Below the pieces are notes generated by a model that had not been told where the DNA came from, made no database searches, and worked only from the letters and a program-made list of their open reading frames with translations. Shown in pieces: positions 1 through 7,989 of a stretch of DNA of 64,000 bases. The position numbers and the translations under genes were made by a program. Source of the stretch: Syntrophales bacterium (GTDB lineage: Bacteria; Desulfobacterota; Syntrophia; Syntrophales; UBA2192); contig DAOTMG010000003.1 of the NCBI GenBank assembly GCA_035450185.1, positions 65,562-129,561 of the forward strand. Reading direction: 5' to 3'. Positions within the stretch are counted from its first letter, which is position 1. Every line of letters starts with the position of its first letter.

Positions 1-2
1 GT

Positions 3-821
3 GGCTCGAGCGGAACGGGTAACGGGACCGTTACCTATAGTATTACCGAGAACACGGAAGCAAAGCGTCGAACCGGAACGATAAGCATCGCCGGGCAGAC
101 CTATACGGTGACCCAGGCCGGGATACCCCCGACCGTTGTTTCCATGAGCCCGGAGACCGGCGCAACAGGAGCTTCTACCGGCACGGCTGTCAGGGCGACC
201 TTCAGCGAGACCATGAAGGCGTCGTCTTTCACGACGGCGACCTTCATGCTCACCCGCGGGGCGACACCGGTTGCGGGCGTCGTTTCCTACGACGCCCTGA
301 CGATGACGGCGACCTTTACGCCCTCCTCCGCGCTCGCCCTCGGCGCGACGTACACCGCGACGATCACCACGGCGGTGCAGGATGACGAGGGTGTGTCGCT
401 GCCTTCACCCGTCTCCTGGAACTTCACAACGACAGGCGGCGAGTCGGTGGCGACGAATCCATCAAACGGCGGCGGAGGCGGGTGCTTCATCGCGACGGCG
501 GCTTTCGGTTCACCCCTGGAGCCTCACGTGCAGATCCTCCGGGATTTCAGGGACAAGTATCTGCGCGGCCGCGCGGCGGGTTCCTCGATGGTACGGCTCT
601 ACGAGGATCTCTCGCCGCCTGTTGCCCGTTTCGTCTCCACGAACGAGGTGCTGAAGGCGGCCGTGAGGCTGTCGCTGCTGCCCCTGATCGGCTTTGCCTT
701 CGTCGTTCTTCAGATGGGTGCGGAGTTCACGATGGCGGCGGGGTTTTTCAGTGTCGCTTTAGTCGCGGTCGGCGTCTCGCGGCGGAGACGTTTACAGGGG
801 GGCGCTTCTGACAGATCCTGA
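3..821 (+). CDS. Surface/secreted repeat protein, 5' end outside window: BACON-like beta module, SbsA/Big_5-like Ig domain, C-terminal GCFIATAAFGS box plus TM anchor
   Basis: Frame is open from nt 3 (GSSGTGNGTVTYSITEN..TGTISIAGQTYTVTQ), so the GTG at 108 in the ORF track is internal. Ig-like pattern PTVVSMSPETGATG..ATFSETM. GGGGCFIATAAFGSPLEPHVQILRDFRDKYL is followed by a hydrophobic helix and RRRR. Stop at 819-821. Confidence 0.6.
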   Translation, partial: GSSGTGNGTVTYSITENTEAKRRTGTISIAGQTYTVTQAGIPPTVVSMSPETGATGASTGTAVRATFSETMKASSFTTATFMLTRGATPVAGVVSYDALTMTATFTPSSALALGATYTATITTAVQDDEGVSLPSPVSWNFTTTGGESVATNPSNGGGGGCFIATAAFGSPLEPHVQILRDFRDKYLRGRAAGSSMVRLYEDLSPPVARFVSTNEVLKAAVRLSLLPLIGFAFVVLQMGAEFTMAAGFFSVALVAVGVSRRRRLQGGASDRS

Positions 822-844
822 TTTCGGGAGAACGTTGCCTTCCA

Positions 845-1201
845 CTATTTGCTCCGTCCGCCCTTTTCGATCTTTTTCAGGGTTCCGCCCTGAAAGGTGA
901 GAATGTAGACAAAACCGCCGTACCCCTCGTCGTAGTACCACTTTTCGACGCGTGTCGATTTCCCCTTGGTCGTCTTCTGCCCGGGCGCGGTTTTTTCTTT
1001 TTTTGTGTTTCCGGTCGCACCCGCCTTCTCCGTGCGGGCCGGCTTGCCGCAGGCCTTCTGGACGGTGTAGGTCGAATCGCCGACCGAGACGGCCTCGTCG
1101 CCGCAGCGATACGTCGTATCCCCGGCGGGGGCGGGGGCCGGCAGGGATATAGAAAGAAAGAACAGGGATGAGATAGCCGCTAAGGCGGTTTTCGGGTTCA
1201 T
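845..1201 (-). CDS. Small secreted protein, DUF2845-like
   Basis: Signal peptide MNPKTALAAISSLFFLSISLPAPAPAG. C-terminal WYYDEGYGGFVYILTFQGGTLKKIE resembles the DUF2845 pattern. GGGAGG lies 11 nt upstream of ATG 1201 (alternative ATG at 1210). Confidence 0.5.
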   Translation of the reverse strand: MNPKTALAAISSLFFLSISLPAPAPAGDTTYRCGDEAVSVGDSTYTVQKACGKPARTEKAGATGNTKKEKTAPGQKTTKGKSTRVEKWYYDEGYGGFVYILTFQGGTLKKIEKGGRSK

Positions 1202-1318
1202 GGGTATCATGGCCTCCCGGGATTGAAATGGAATGCACAACCCTTTTTATCGGTTTCCCGTGACGAATCTTGAATAGAGTTGTTTCAGGTGTTTTCACCG
1301 GGTGAGTGCATTTTTTGG

Positions 1319-1347
1319 TTGACAAAACCCGGGTGAACCTTTAGGAT
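1319..1347 (+). promoter_or_regulatory. Sigma70-like promoter candidate for the cimA leader
   Basis: TTGACA (1319-1324), 17-nt spacer, TAGGAT (1342-1347); about 40 nt upstream of the leader ORF. Confidence 0.4.
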
Positions 1348-1386
1348 ACGCCCCACTGAGGGGAAGGAAACAGAGCAGTTCAATCC

Positions 1387-1455
1387 ATGATCCGGAACAT
1401 TATTTCCATCATTCAGGCCATCATTATTATCGTCATACAGGATACGTCTGGATGA
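1387..1455 (+). CDS. Ile-rich leader peptide (22 aa) MIRNIISIIQAIIIIVIQDTSG
   Basis: ATG 1387 to TGA 1453-1455. 10 of 22 codons are Ile, including the run IIIIVI. Sits between the promoter-like site and a terminator hairpin directly upstream of cimA. SD is weak. Confidence 0.55.
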   Translation: MIRNIISIIQAIIIIVIQDTSG

Positions 1456-1505
1456 CGTAGGGGGCCGGTGATGGAATAATGCAGAGGACATAAATCTCTT
1501 GAAAG

Positions 1506-1537
1506 ATCCGTTATCCGGTTTCCGGTAACGGATTTTT
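1506..1537 (+). terminator. Intrinsic terminator / attenuator upstream of cimA
   Basis: atccgttatccgg / ccggtaacggat stem (12 bp, one bulged T), ttt loop, followed by TTTTT; ends 24 nt before the cimA start. Confidence 0.6.
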
Positions 1538-1560
1538 CAGTTTATGGGGGAATGTTCATC

Positions 1561-3156
1561 ATGAAGAAATGGGATGTGCTTCTCTACGACACCACCCTGA
1601 GGGATGGGACCCAGGGTGAACAGATCAACTTCTCCGCCGAGGAGAAACTGAGGATCGCCCAGCGGCTGGACGACATCGGTTTCCACTACATCGAGGGAGG
1701 GTGGCCGGGGTCGAACCCGAAGGACATGCGCTTCTTCGAAATTGCCCGGGAGAAGACCTTCCGGCAGGCGAAGCTCTCGGCCTTCGGGAGCACGAGGAAG
1801 GCGGGAATCAAGCCGCGGGAGTGCCCGAACCTGCTGGCTCTCCTCGGTGCCGGGACGCCGGTGGTGACCATCTTCGGGAAAACCTGGGATCTCCACGTCC
1901 ATGAAATCCTCAAGGTACCCCTCAAGGAGAATCTGGCCATGATCGGGGACACCGTTCGTTATCTCAAGGACCGGGGCAAGGAGCTCATCTACGACGCGGA
2001 GCATTTCTTCGACGGCTACAAGGCAAACCCCGCTTACGCGAGAGAAACCATCCGGTCGGCCCTTTCGGCAGGCGCGGACATGATCGTTCTTTGCGACACC
2101 AACGGCGGGTCCCTCCCCGAGGAGGTCCGCCGGATCACCCTGGAACTGTCCGATATCGTCCCCGGGGGGAAGCTCGGCATCCATACCCACAATGACGGCG
2201 GCCTGGCCGTGGCCAACACGCTGGCGGCCGTCGCGGCCGGTGCCAGGATGGTCCAGGGCACCATCAACGGTTTCGGGGAGCGTTGTGGAAACGCCGATCT
2301 GATCCCCATCATCGCCAATCTCCAGTTGAAAATGCAGAAGAGGTGCCTGACGGAAGCGTCGATGCGTCAGCTCACGAACCTCTCCCGGTTCGTGGGCGAC
2401 ATCGCCAATGTTCCGCCCCTGAACTCCCGGCCCTTCGTGGGCCGCAGCGCCTTCGCGCACAAAGGGGGCGTTCACGTGAATGCCGTCCGGAAAAACCCCG
2501 CTGCTTACGAGCATATCGACCCGGGACGCGTGGGGAATGTGAGAAGAGTTCTCGCCTCGGACCTGTCGGGGAAAAGCACCATCGAATACAAGGCCGGGGA
2601 ACTGGGTCTGTCGCTGGGCCGGGACAAATCGGCCAGCCGGAAGATCGTCCAGGTCATCAAGCAGATGGAGGACCAGGGGTACACCTTCGATGCCGCCGAC
2701 GGCTCGCTGTCCCTTCTCATCAAGAAAGCCACCGGCCAGTTCGAGGAGCCTTTTGAGCTCGAGCTTTTCCGCGTGATCAACGAAAAGGACGAAGAGAACC
2801 CCTCGCAGGCCCAGGCGATGATCAAGATCTGGGTGGGAGACGAGGTGGAGATCACGGCGGCCGAGGGCAACGGCCCCATCAATGCCCTCGACAACGCGCT
2901 CCGGAAGGCGCTGCGCACTTTCTATCCCGAAATCGACGAGATGCAGCTCATCGACTTCAAGGTCAACATCCTCGACGGCAGCGAGGGAACGGCCGCCAAG
3001 GTGAGGGTGCTCATCGAGTCCCGGGACCCGACGGAGATCTGGAGCACCGTCGGCGTGTCGGAGAGCGTCATCGAGGCAAGCTGGCTGGCCCTGGTGGACA
3101 GTTTCCAGTACAAGCTGAGCAAGGACTGCCTCAATTACAATCACCGGAAATCCTGA
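1561..3156 (+). CDS. cimA: (R)-citramalate synthase (2-isopropylmalate synthase family, long form with LeuA-dimer-type C-terminal domain)
   Basis: MKKWDVLLYDTTLRDGTQGEQINFS..HYIEGGWPGSNPKD..HTHNDGGLAVANTLAAV: HMGL-like TIM-barrel motifs of the CimA/LeuA family, ~530 aa. GGGGGA SD before ATG 1561 (the ORF-track ATG 1552 is too close to the SD). Followed by leuCDB. Confidence 0.85.
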   Translation: MKKWDVLLYDTTLRDGTQGEQINFSAEEKLRIAQRLDDIGFHYIEGGWPGSNPKDMRFFEIAREKTFRQAKLSAFGSTRKAGIKPRECPNLLALLGAGTPVVTIFGKTWDLHVHEILKVPLKENLAMIGDTVRYLKDRGKELIYDAEHFFDGYKANPAYARETIRSALSAGADMIVLCDTNGGSLPEEVRRITLELSDIVPGGKLGIHTHNDGGLAVANTLAAVAAGARMVQGTINGFGERCGNADLIPIIANLQLKMQKRCLTEASMRQLTNLSRFVGDIANVPPLNSRPFVGRSAFAHKGGVHVNAVRKNPAAYEHIDPGRVGNVRRVLASDLSGKSTIEYKAGELGLSLGRDKSASRKIVQVIKQMEDQGYTFDAADGSLSLLIKKATGQFEEPFELELFRVINEKDEENPSQAQAMIKIWVGDEVEITAAEGNGPINALDNALRKALRTFYPEIDEMQLIDFKVNILDGSEGTAAKVRVLIESRDPTEIWSTVGVSESVIEASWLALVDSFQYKLSKDCLNYNHRKS

Positions 3157-3171
3157 GCGGGAGAGCGAATC

Positions 3172-4431
3172 ATGGCCATGACCATCACCGAAAAAATACT
3201 TGCTGCCCACTCGGGGCGGAAATCGGTGTCGCCGGGCGACCTCGTCGAGGTCCGGGTCGATCTCGCCTTTGCCCATGATTTCACGGCGCCGCTGGCCATC
3301 CAGGTCTTCGAGGAAACCGGTGCCGAGAAGGTCTTCAACCGCAACAGGATCGCCCTCGTGGCGGATCACTTCGTTCCCAACAAGGATATCGCCTCGGCCC
3401 AGCAGGCCAAGCGAATGCGGGAGTTCGCGAGGAAACACCGGATCCGACACTATTATGAAGTCGGGGAGGCGGGTATCGGTCACGTTATTCTTCCCGAGAA
3501 GGGGCTTGTCGTGCCGGGAATGGTGGTCATCGGGGCGGACAGCCACACCTGCGCCTACGGCGCCCTCGGGGCCTTTTCGACCGGTGTCGGAAGCACCGAC
3601 CTCGGTGCCGTCATGGCCACGGGGGAGATCTGGCTGAAGGTCCCGCCGACGATCCGGCTGGAATACACGGGGAAAAGACGCCGCTGGGTCACCGGCAAGG
3701 ATCTCATCCTCTACACCATCGGACGGATCGGCGTTGAAGGCGCCCTCTACAGCACCATGGAATTCGCCGGACCCGTCGTCCGGGATCTCCCCATGTATCA
3801 GCGCTTTGCCATGACGAACATGGCCGTGGAGGCCGGGGCGAAGAACGGCATCATGGAGCCCGACGAGAAGACCCTGGCGTGGGTGAAGGGTCGTTCTGGC
3901 CTGAAGCCCCGGGTCTTCAGGGGCGACCCCGATGCGGCCTGCGCGAAGGTTATCCCGATTGACGTTAACGCCATCGAACCCCAGGTGGCCTTCCCGTCCT
4001 CGCCGGCCAATGACCGGCCGCTTTCGGCCGTGGGGAAGGTTCCCCTGGATCAGGTTTTCATCGGTTCCTGCACGAACGGCTGGCTCGAGGACCTGCGGGA
4101 CGCGGCGCGAATCCTCAAGGGGAAGAAGGCGGCCCGGGGGCTTCGGCTCATCGTGATTCCGGGCTCCCCCTGGATCCTGAAGGAGGCCGTGAAGGAAGGC
4201 ATCCTCGAAACCTTTCTGGAGGCCGGTGCCGTCATCGGGCCGCCCTGCTGCGGTCCCTGCCTGGGCGGTCACATGGGGGTTCTTGCCGAGGGGGAACGGG
4301 CACTGGCAACGACGAACCGCAATTTCGTCGGGCGCATGGGTCACCCGAAAAGCGAGGTCTATCTGAGCAACCCCTATGTGGCGGCGGCGTCGGCGGTGAT
4401 GGGGCGCATAGCAGGACCGGACGAATTATGA
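3172..4431 (+). CDS. leuC: 3-isopropylmalate/citramalate isomerase large subunit (aconitase family, 419-aa archaeal-type LeuC)
   Basis: MTITEKILAAHSG..DLAFAHDFT..GADSHTCAYGALGAF..GSCTNG..CGPCLG aconitase-family cluster-ligand motifs; operon context. Confidence 0.9.
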   Translation: MAMTITEKILAAHSGRKSVSPGDLVEVRVDLAFAHDFTAPLAIQVFEETGAEKVFNRNRIALVADHFVPNKDIASAQQAKRMREFARKHRIRHYYEVGEAGIGHVILPEKGLVVPGMVVIGADSHTCAYGALGAFSTGVGSTDLGAVMATGEIWLKVPPTIRLEYTGKRRRWVTGKDLILYTIGRIGVEGALYSTMEFAGPVVRDLPMYQRFAMTNMAVEAGAKNGIMEPDEKTLAWVKGRSGLKPRVFRGDPDAACAKVIPIDVNAIEPQVAFPSSPANDRPLSAVGKVPLDQVFIGSCTNGWLEDLRDAARILKGKKAARGLRLIVIPGSPWILKEAVKEGILETFLEAGAVIGPPCCGPCLGGHMGVLAEGERALATTNRNFVGRMGHPKSEVYLSNPYVAAASAVMGRIAGPDEL

Positions 4432-4433
4432 AC

Positions 4434-4555
4434 GGCTGTTGAAAAACACCCGTCTGCGGCGTTGTCCTCGTCCCTCGTCGCTCAACGTACGCTTCATAGT
4501 ACGCCTCGCTTCTCGGGAGGTCGGGCGCCTTGCATCCGGGCATTTTTGAACAGCC
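4434..4555 (+). repeat. MITE-like intergenic element, copy 1 (~122 bp, 14-bp terminal inverted repeats)
   Basis: GGCTGTTGAAAAAC...ATTTTTGAACAGCC. Roughly three-quarters identical by eye to 46195-46317. Begins 3 nt after the leuC stop and ends 28 nt before the leuD start. Confidence 0.7.
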
Positions 4556-4583
4556 GGAAACGTTTACCGGGAGATATCATCAG

Positions 4584-5102
4584 ATGAAAATTGAAGGACG
4601 GGTGTGGAAATTCGGGGATGATGTGGATACGGACCTCATCATCCCCGCTCGTTATTGCAATACCTCCGACGGCGCACAGCTCGCAAGACATGTGTTTGCC
4701 GATTCACGGCCGGACTTCGCCGGCGCCGTATCGGCGGGCGACGTCGTCGTGGCGGGAAGGAACTTCGGCTGCGGGTCGTCGCGTGAGCACGCGCCTCTGG
4801 CGCTGAAAGAGGCCGGCATCCGTGCCGTCATCGCCAGGAGCTTTGCCAGGATATTCTACCGCAACGCCTTCAACATCGGCCTCCCCCTGCTGGAATCCGG
4901 CGAGGCGGTCGACCGTATCCGGGACGGGGAGAAAATCTCTGTTGATCTTTCAACGGGGAAGATCGAAGATAGAACCAATCATCAGACCTTCCGAACGGAC
5001 CCGGTTCCCGATTTCATGAGGGAACTCATACGGACAGGGGGACTCGTCGATCACGTGAAGCGGAACAAGCTGAAGAAAAAAACGGTGAGGAGATCAAGAT
5101 GA
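4584..5102 (+). CDS. leuD: 3-isopropylmalate/citramalate isomerase small subunit
   Basis: MKIEGRVWKFGDDVDTDLIIPARY..GRNFGCGSSREHAP is the typical LeuD swivel domain. GGGAGA SD; the upstream part of the ORF-track ORF lies inside the repeat element. Confidence 0.9.
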   Translation: MKIEGRVWKFGDDVDTDLIIPARYCNTSDGAQLARHVFADSRPDFAGAVSAGDVVVAGRNFGCGSSREHAPLALKEAGIRAVIARSFARIFYRNAFNIGLPLLESGEAVDRIRDGEKISVDLSTGKIEDRTNHQTFRTDPVPDFMRELIRTGGLVDHVKRNKLKKKTVRRSR

Positions 5103-6172
5103 AAACTTACAATATCGGCGTCATTCCCGGCGACGGGACCGGCCCCGAGGTCATTGCGGAGGCCGTCAAGACCCTGAAGGCGATCACCGACGCGGGGGGA
5201 CCCGACTTCAACCTCGTCTACCAGGACCTGGGCGGCGACCGTTTCCTCAAGAAAGGGGAGCTTCTTCCCGACTCCGTCCTGCGGGAATTGAGGCAGATGG
5301 ACGCCATCCTGCTCGGCGCCCTCGGTCACCCCGATGTGAAGCCCGGCATCCTGGAGCGGGAAGTCCTGCTCAAACTCCGGTTCGACCTTGACCTCTACAT
5401 CAACCTGAGGCCCGTCGTGCTGTTTCCCGGCGTCTACACCCCCCTCAAGGACAAGGGCCCCGAGGAGATCGATTTTGTCGTCGTCCGGGAAAACACGGAG
5501 GGGCTCTACGTCGGAAGCGGCGGGTTTTTCCGGAAAGGCACCGCCGACGAAATCGCCATTCAGGAATCCGTCAACACGAGGCGCGGAGTCGAGCGCTGCA
5601 TCCGTTTCGCCTTCGACTACTGCCGCAGGAGAAACAGGAGAAAGAAGCTCACCCTCTGCGGAAAGACGAACGTCCTCACCTACGCCTTCGATCTCTGGGA
5701 GCGTGTCTTCCGGGAGGTGGGCAGGGACTATCCGGACGTGGAACTCGATTATGCCCACGTCGACGCGATCTGCATGTGGATGGTGAAAAACCCCGAGTAT
5801 TTCGATGTGATCGTGACGGACAACATGTTCGGCGACATCATCACCGACCTGGGCGCCATGATTCAGGGAGGGATGGGGATTGCCGCGGGCGGAAACATCA
5901 ACCCGGAGGCCGCATCCATGTTTGAACCGATCAGCGGATCGGCGCCGAAGTACACGGGACTGAACAAGATCAACCCGCTGGCGGCCATCTGCGCCGCCCA
6001 GATGATGCTGGAGCACCTCGGGGAGACCTCGGCGGCGGGGATGCTCCTCGAGGCCGTCAAGGCCGTGGTTCAAAACGACGTCAGGAGCATGGATGCCGGG
6101 AAGATGGGGTACGGCACCCGGGAGGTCGGTGACCTGGTCGTCAAGTACATCGTGGAGCCCATGACAACCTGA
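5099..6172 (+). CDS. leuB: 3-isopropylmalate dehydrogenase (isocitrate/isopropylmalate dehydrogenase family)
   Basis: [38 protein letters not shown] motifs; ATGA overlap with the leuD stop. Confidence 0.85.
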   Translation: MKTYNIGVIPGDGTGPEVIAEAVKTLKAITDAGGPDFNLVYQDLGGDRFLKKGELLPDSVLRELRQMDAILLGALGHPDVKPGILEREVLLKLRFDLDLYINLRPVVLFPGVYTPLKDKGPEEIDFVVVRENTEGLYVGSGGFFRKGTADEIAIQESVNTRRGVERCIRFAFDYCRRRNRRKKLTLCGKTNVLTYAFDLWERVFREVGRDYPDVELDYAHVDAICMWMVKNPEYFDVIVTDNMFGDIITDLGAMIQGGMGIAAGGNINPEAASMFEPISGSAPKYTGLNKINPLAAICAAQMMLEHLGETSAAGMLLEAVKAVVQNDVRSMDAGKMGYGTREVGDLVVKYIVEPMTT

Positions 6173-6230
6173 ACCATCCGGAAACGGATGGACGATGACG
6201 CCCAGAGGCAGGAGACACGCGAGAGCCAAA

Positions 6231-6265
6231 GGGGGCAGAGGACATCCCTTTCCGCCCCCTTTTTC
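6231..6265 (+). terminator. Intrinsic terminator after leuB
   Basis: GGGGGC (6231-6236) / GCCCCC (6254-6259) stem followed by TTTTT. Confidence 0.55.
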
Positions 6266-6427
6266 ATATGGGGATCTTCTCCATCCCGTGAAAAAAATTG
6301 ACGAAAGTCGCCGCATTGGGATATGAGGGATTTGTCCGTTTTTCAGACCATCTCCCGAAGCCCGCGGGGCGATACCGACGAGATCGGCGCCCCGGTCGGG
6401 TAAAATTCAGCGAAACGGCAGACCCTG

Positions 6428-7231
6428 ATGGCCATGAAAAATCCCATGATCGTCATGTCCGATTCCGCGGGCCGGGCGGGCCGCGCAACCATCGAATGGT
6501 TGAAACACTATCTCGATCTCAGCGCCTTCGCCTGGAGAATGATCCGCGAGCTGTTCCGCTGGCCGAGGGAGGGGAGGTCCCTGCTTTACCGGGTCACGCT
6601 GGAGCAGGTCTATTTCACGGCGGTCCAGGCCCTCCGGATCGTGATCCCCGTTGCACTCATTCTCGGGACCTCGTTCATCCTGCAGTTCAGCAAAGTATCG
6701 GGCCAGATCGATCTGGGCAAGATCGTCGTTGTCATTCTGGTGAGGGAAACGGGACCCCTTGTGACGGCGCTGATCGTCATTCTCAGGTCGGCAACGGCCG
6801 TCACGATCGAAACGGGTTACATGAATGTGCTCCGCGAGATGGAGACCCTGGAGATGGGGGGGATGGACCCTGTGAGGCTCTATGCCCTGCCGAGGCTGAT
6901 CGGCATGGTGACGGCGATGGTCTGCCTTGTTTTCATATTCACGACCAGCGCGATCCTCGGGGGCTACGCCATCGTCTGGCTGATCACAAACGTACCGATG
7001 CAGAATTTTCTTCTGGAAATCGCCAAGGCCCTCACACCCGCAGATTACATGGTTTCGGCGCTGAAGGCGGTCTTCTTCGGCGGGGTCATTGCGGTCGTGT
7101 CCCTGTACCGGGGTTTTTCCGTCGGGCGGGCCATCACGGAGGTCCCCGTCGCGACGTCGAAGGGCGCCGTGGAGTGTCTCATTTACTGCATGATCATCAG
7201 CGGACTGCTCTCCGCCCTGTTTTACATGTGA
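6428..7231 (+). CDS. mlaE: MlaE-family ABC transporter permease
   Basis: 267 aa, multi-TM. LVRETGPLVTALIVILRSATAVTIETGYMNVLREMETLEMGGMDP matches the conserved MlaE/Ttg2B core. Confidence 0.85.
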   Translation: MAMKNPMIVMSDSAGRAGRATIEWLKHYLDLSAFAWRMIRELFRWPREGRSLLYRVTLEQVYFTAVQALRIVIPVALILGTSFILQFSKVSGQIDLGKIVVVILVRETGPLVTALIVILRSATAVTIETGYMNVLREMETLEMGGMDPVRLYALPRLIGMVTAMVCLVFIFTTSAILGGYAIVWLITNVPMQNFLLEIAKALTPADYMVSALKAVFFGGVIAVVSLYRGFSVGRAITEVPVATSKGAVECLIYCMIISGLLSALFYM

Positions 7232-7233
7232 GA

Positions 7234-7989
7234 ATGAACTCGAAACTGATCGAACTCGTCAACTACACGCTCGCCCCTATTGGGCGGGGCAGGGGTCTGC
7301 GGAATTTCTCCTGCACCATCGCGGAGGGGGATATCGTCTATATCGAAGGGGATCGCTTCGATGACAGCCATCTGTTTCTCAGGGCCCTGGCGACCCTTGA
7401 AAGGCCTCAAGGGGGAACGTATTATTATCGCGGACAGGCTCTCGATTTCTCCGATTACCGCAAGCTTCTTCCATACAAGAGAAAAATAGGTTACATGTCG
7501 GCGGATGCCGCCCTCCTTTCGAACCGGACGATCGGAGAGAACATCCTGTGGCTGAGGTACTACCTGGAGGGCAAAAGATCCCTGAAGGCGGCCGATGACG
7601 TTCTTCATCTCTGCCGCATGTTCAACATCGAGGACAAGATGGACCTCCGGCCCTCACAGGTCTTCCGTGACGAGGTGAGGGCGGCCATCATCATCCGTGA
7701 GCTGATCAAGGGGGCGGAGATCCTTCTCGCGGAACCCGTAAGGGATGCCCTGTCCCGGGTTCACTACGACACGGCTGTCCAGCTGACGAAAGAGTCTTTA
7801 TCGCGAAAGACAACCGCTGTTTTTTCCTACAGTGACGAACCTTTCATCCGGGAGGCGGCGACGAAAAAGGTGAGGATCGTCGAGGGAGAACTGGAAGTCG
7901 TCAACCTGAGAAACGGGGCCGTGACGTTCGGCCAAAAGGAGGATCGAACCGTGGGGGAAGAAGATGGAGCTGAAATTCAGTCGAATTGA
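7234..7989 (+). CDS. Degenerate MlaF-like ABC ATPase homologue lacking Walker A, signature, Walker B and H-loop
   Basis: ATG 7234 is 3 nt after the mlaE stop. Collinear with ABC NBDs, but GDRFDDSH replaces GxxGxGK[ST], VFRDEV replaces LSGGQ, ILLAEP replaces hhhhDE and YSD replaces the H-loop. The first 312 codons of ORF 6298..7989 are a shadow over mlaE. Confidence 0.6.
   Translation: MNSKLIELVNYTLAPIGRGRGLRNFSCTIAEGDIVYIEGDRFDDSHLFLRALATLERPQGGTYYYRGQALDFSDYRKLLPYKRKIGYMSADAALLSNRTIGENILWLRYYLEGKRSLKAADDVLHLCRMFNIEDKMDLRPSQVFRDEVRAAIIIRELIKGAEILLAEPVRDALSRVHYDTAVQLTKESLSRKTTAVFSYSDEPFIREAATKKVRIVEGELEVVNLRNGAVTFGQKEDRTVGEEDGAEIQSN

Noticed and set aside
1285-1491. 68-aa minus-strand ORF in the cimA upstream region.
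   Set aside because: It is antisense to the promoter/leader-peptide/hairpin region and has no SD or coding bias. The Asn/Asp-rich run is just the complement of the Ile codons.
1537-4344. Very long antisense/shadow ORFs, e.g. 1537..4344(-) of 935 aa. Others: 5051..6316(-), 14354..15496(-), 18362..19687(-), 33491..34498(+), 35620..36690(+), 38662..39654(-), 39994..40986(-), 41390..42337(+), 44742..46052(-), 50174..51763(+), 52654..53730(+), 53734..55098(+), 55979..57103(+), 58472..60298(-), 61619..62887(+).
   Set aside because: Each lies opposite or out of frame to a gene with clear family motifs. Their translations are Arg/Gly/Pro/Asp-rich low-complexity sequence typical of stop-poor frames in GC-rich DNA.
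6298-7233. N-terminal 312 codons of the 563-aa ORF 6298..7989.
   Set aside because: It overlaps mlaE out of frame and has no family similarity. Only the part from ATG 7234 (degenerate MlaF-like) looks real.
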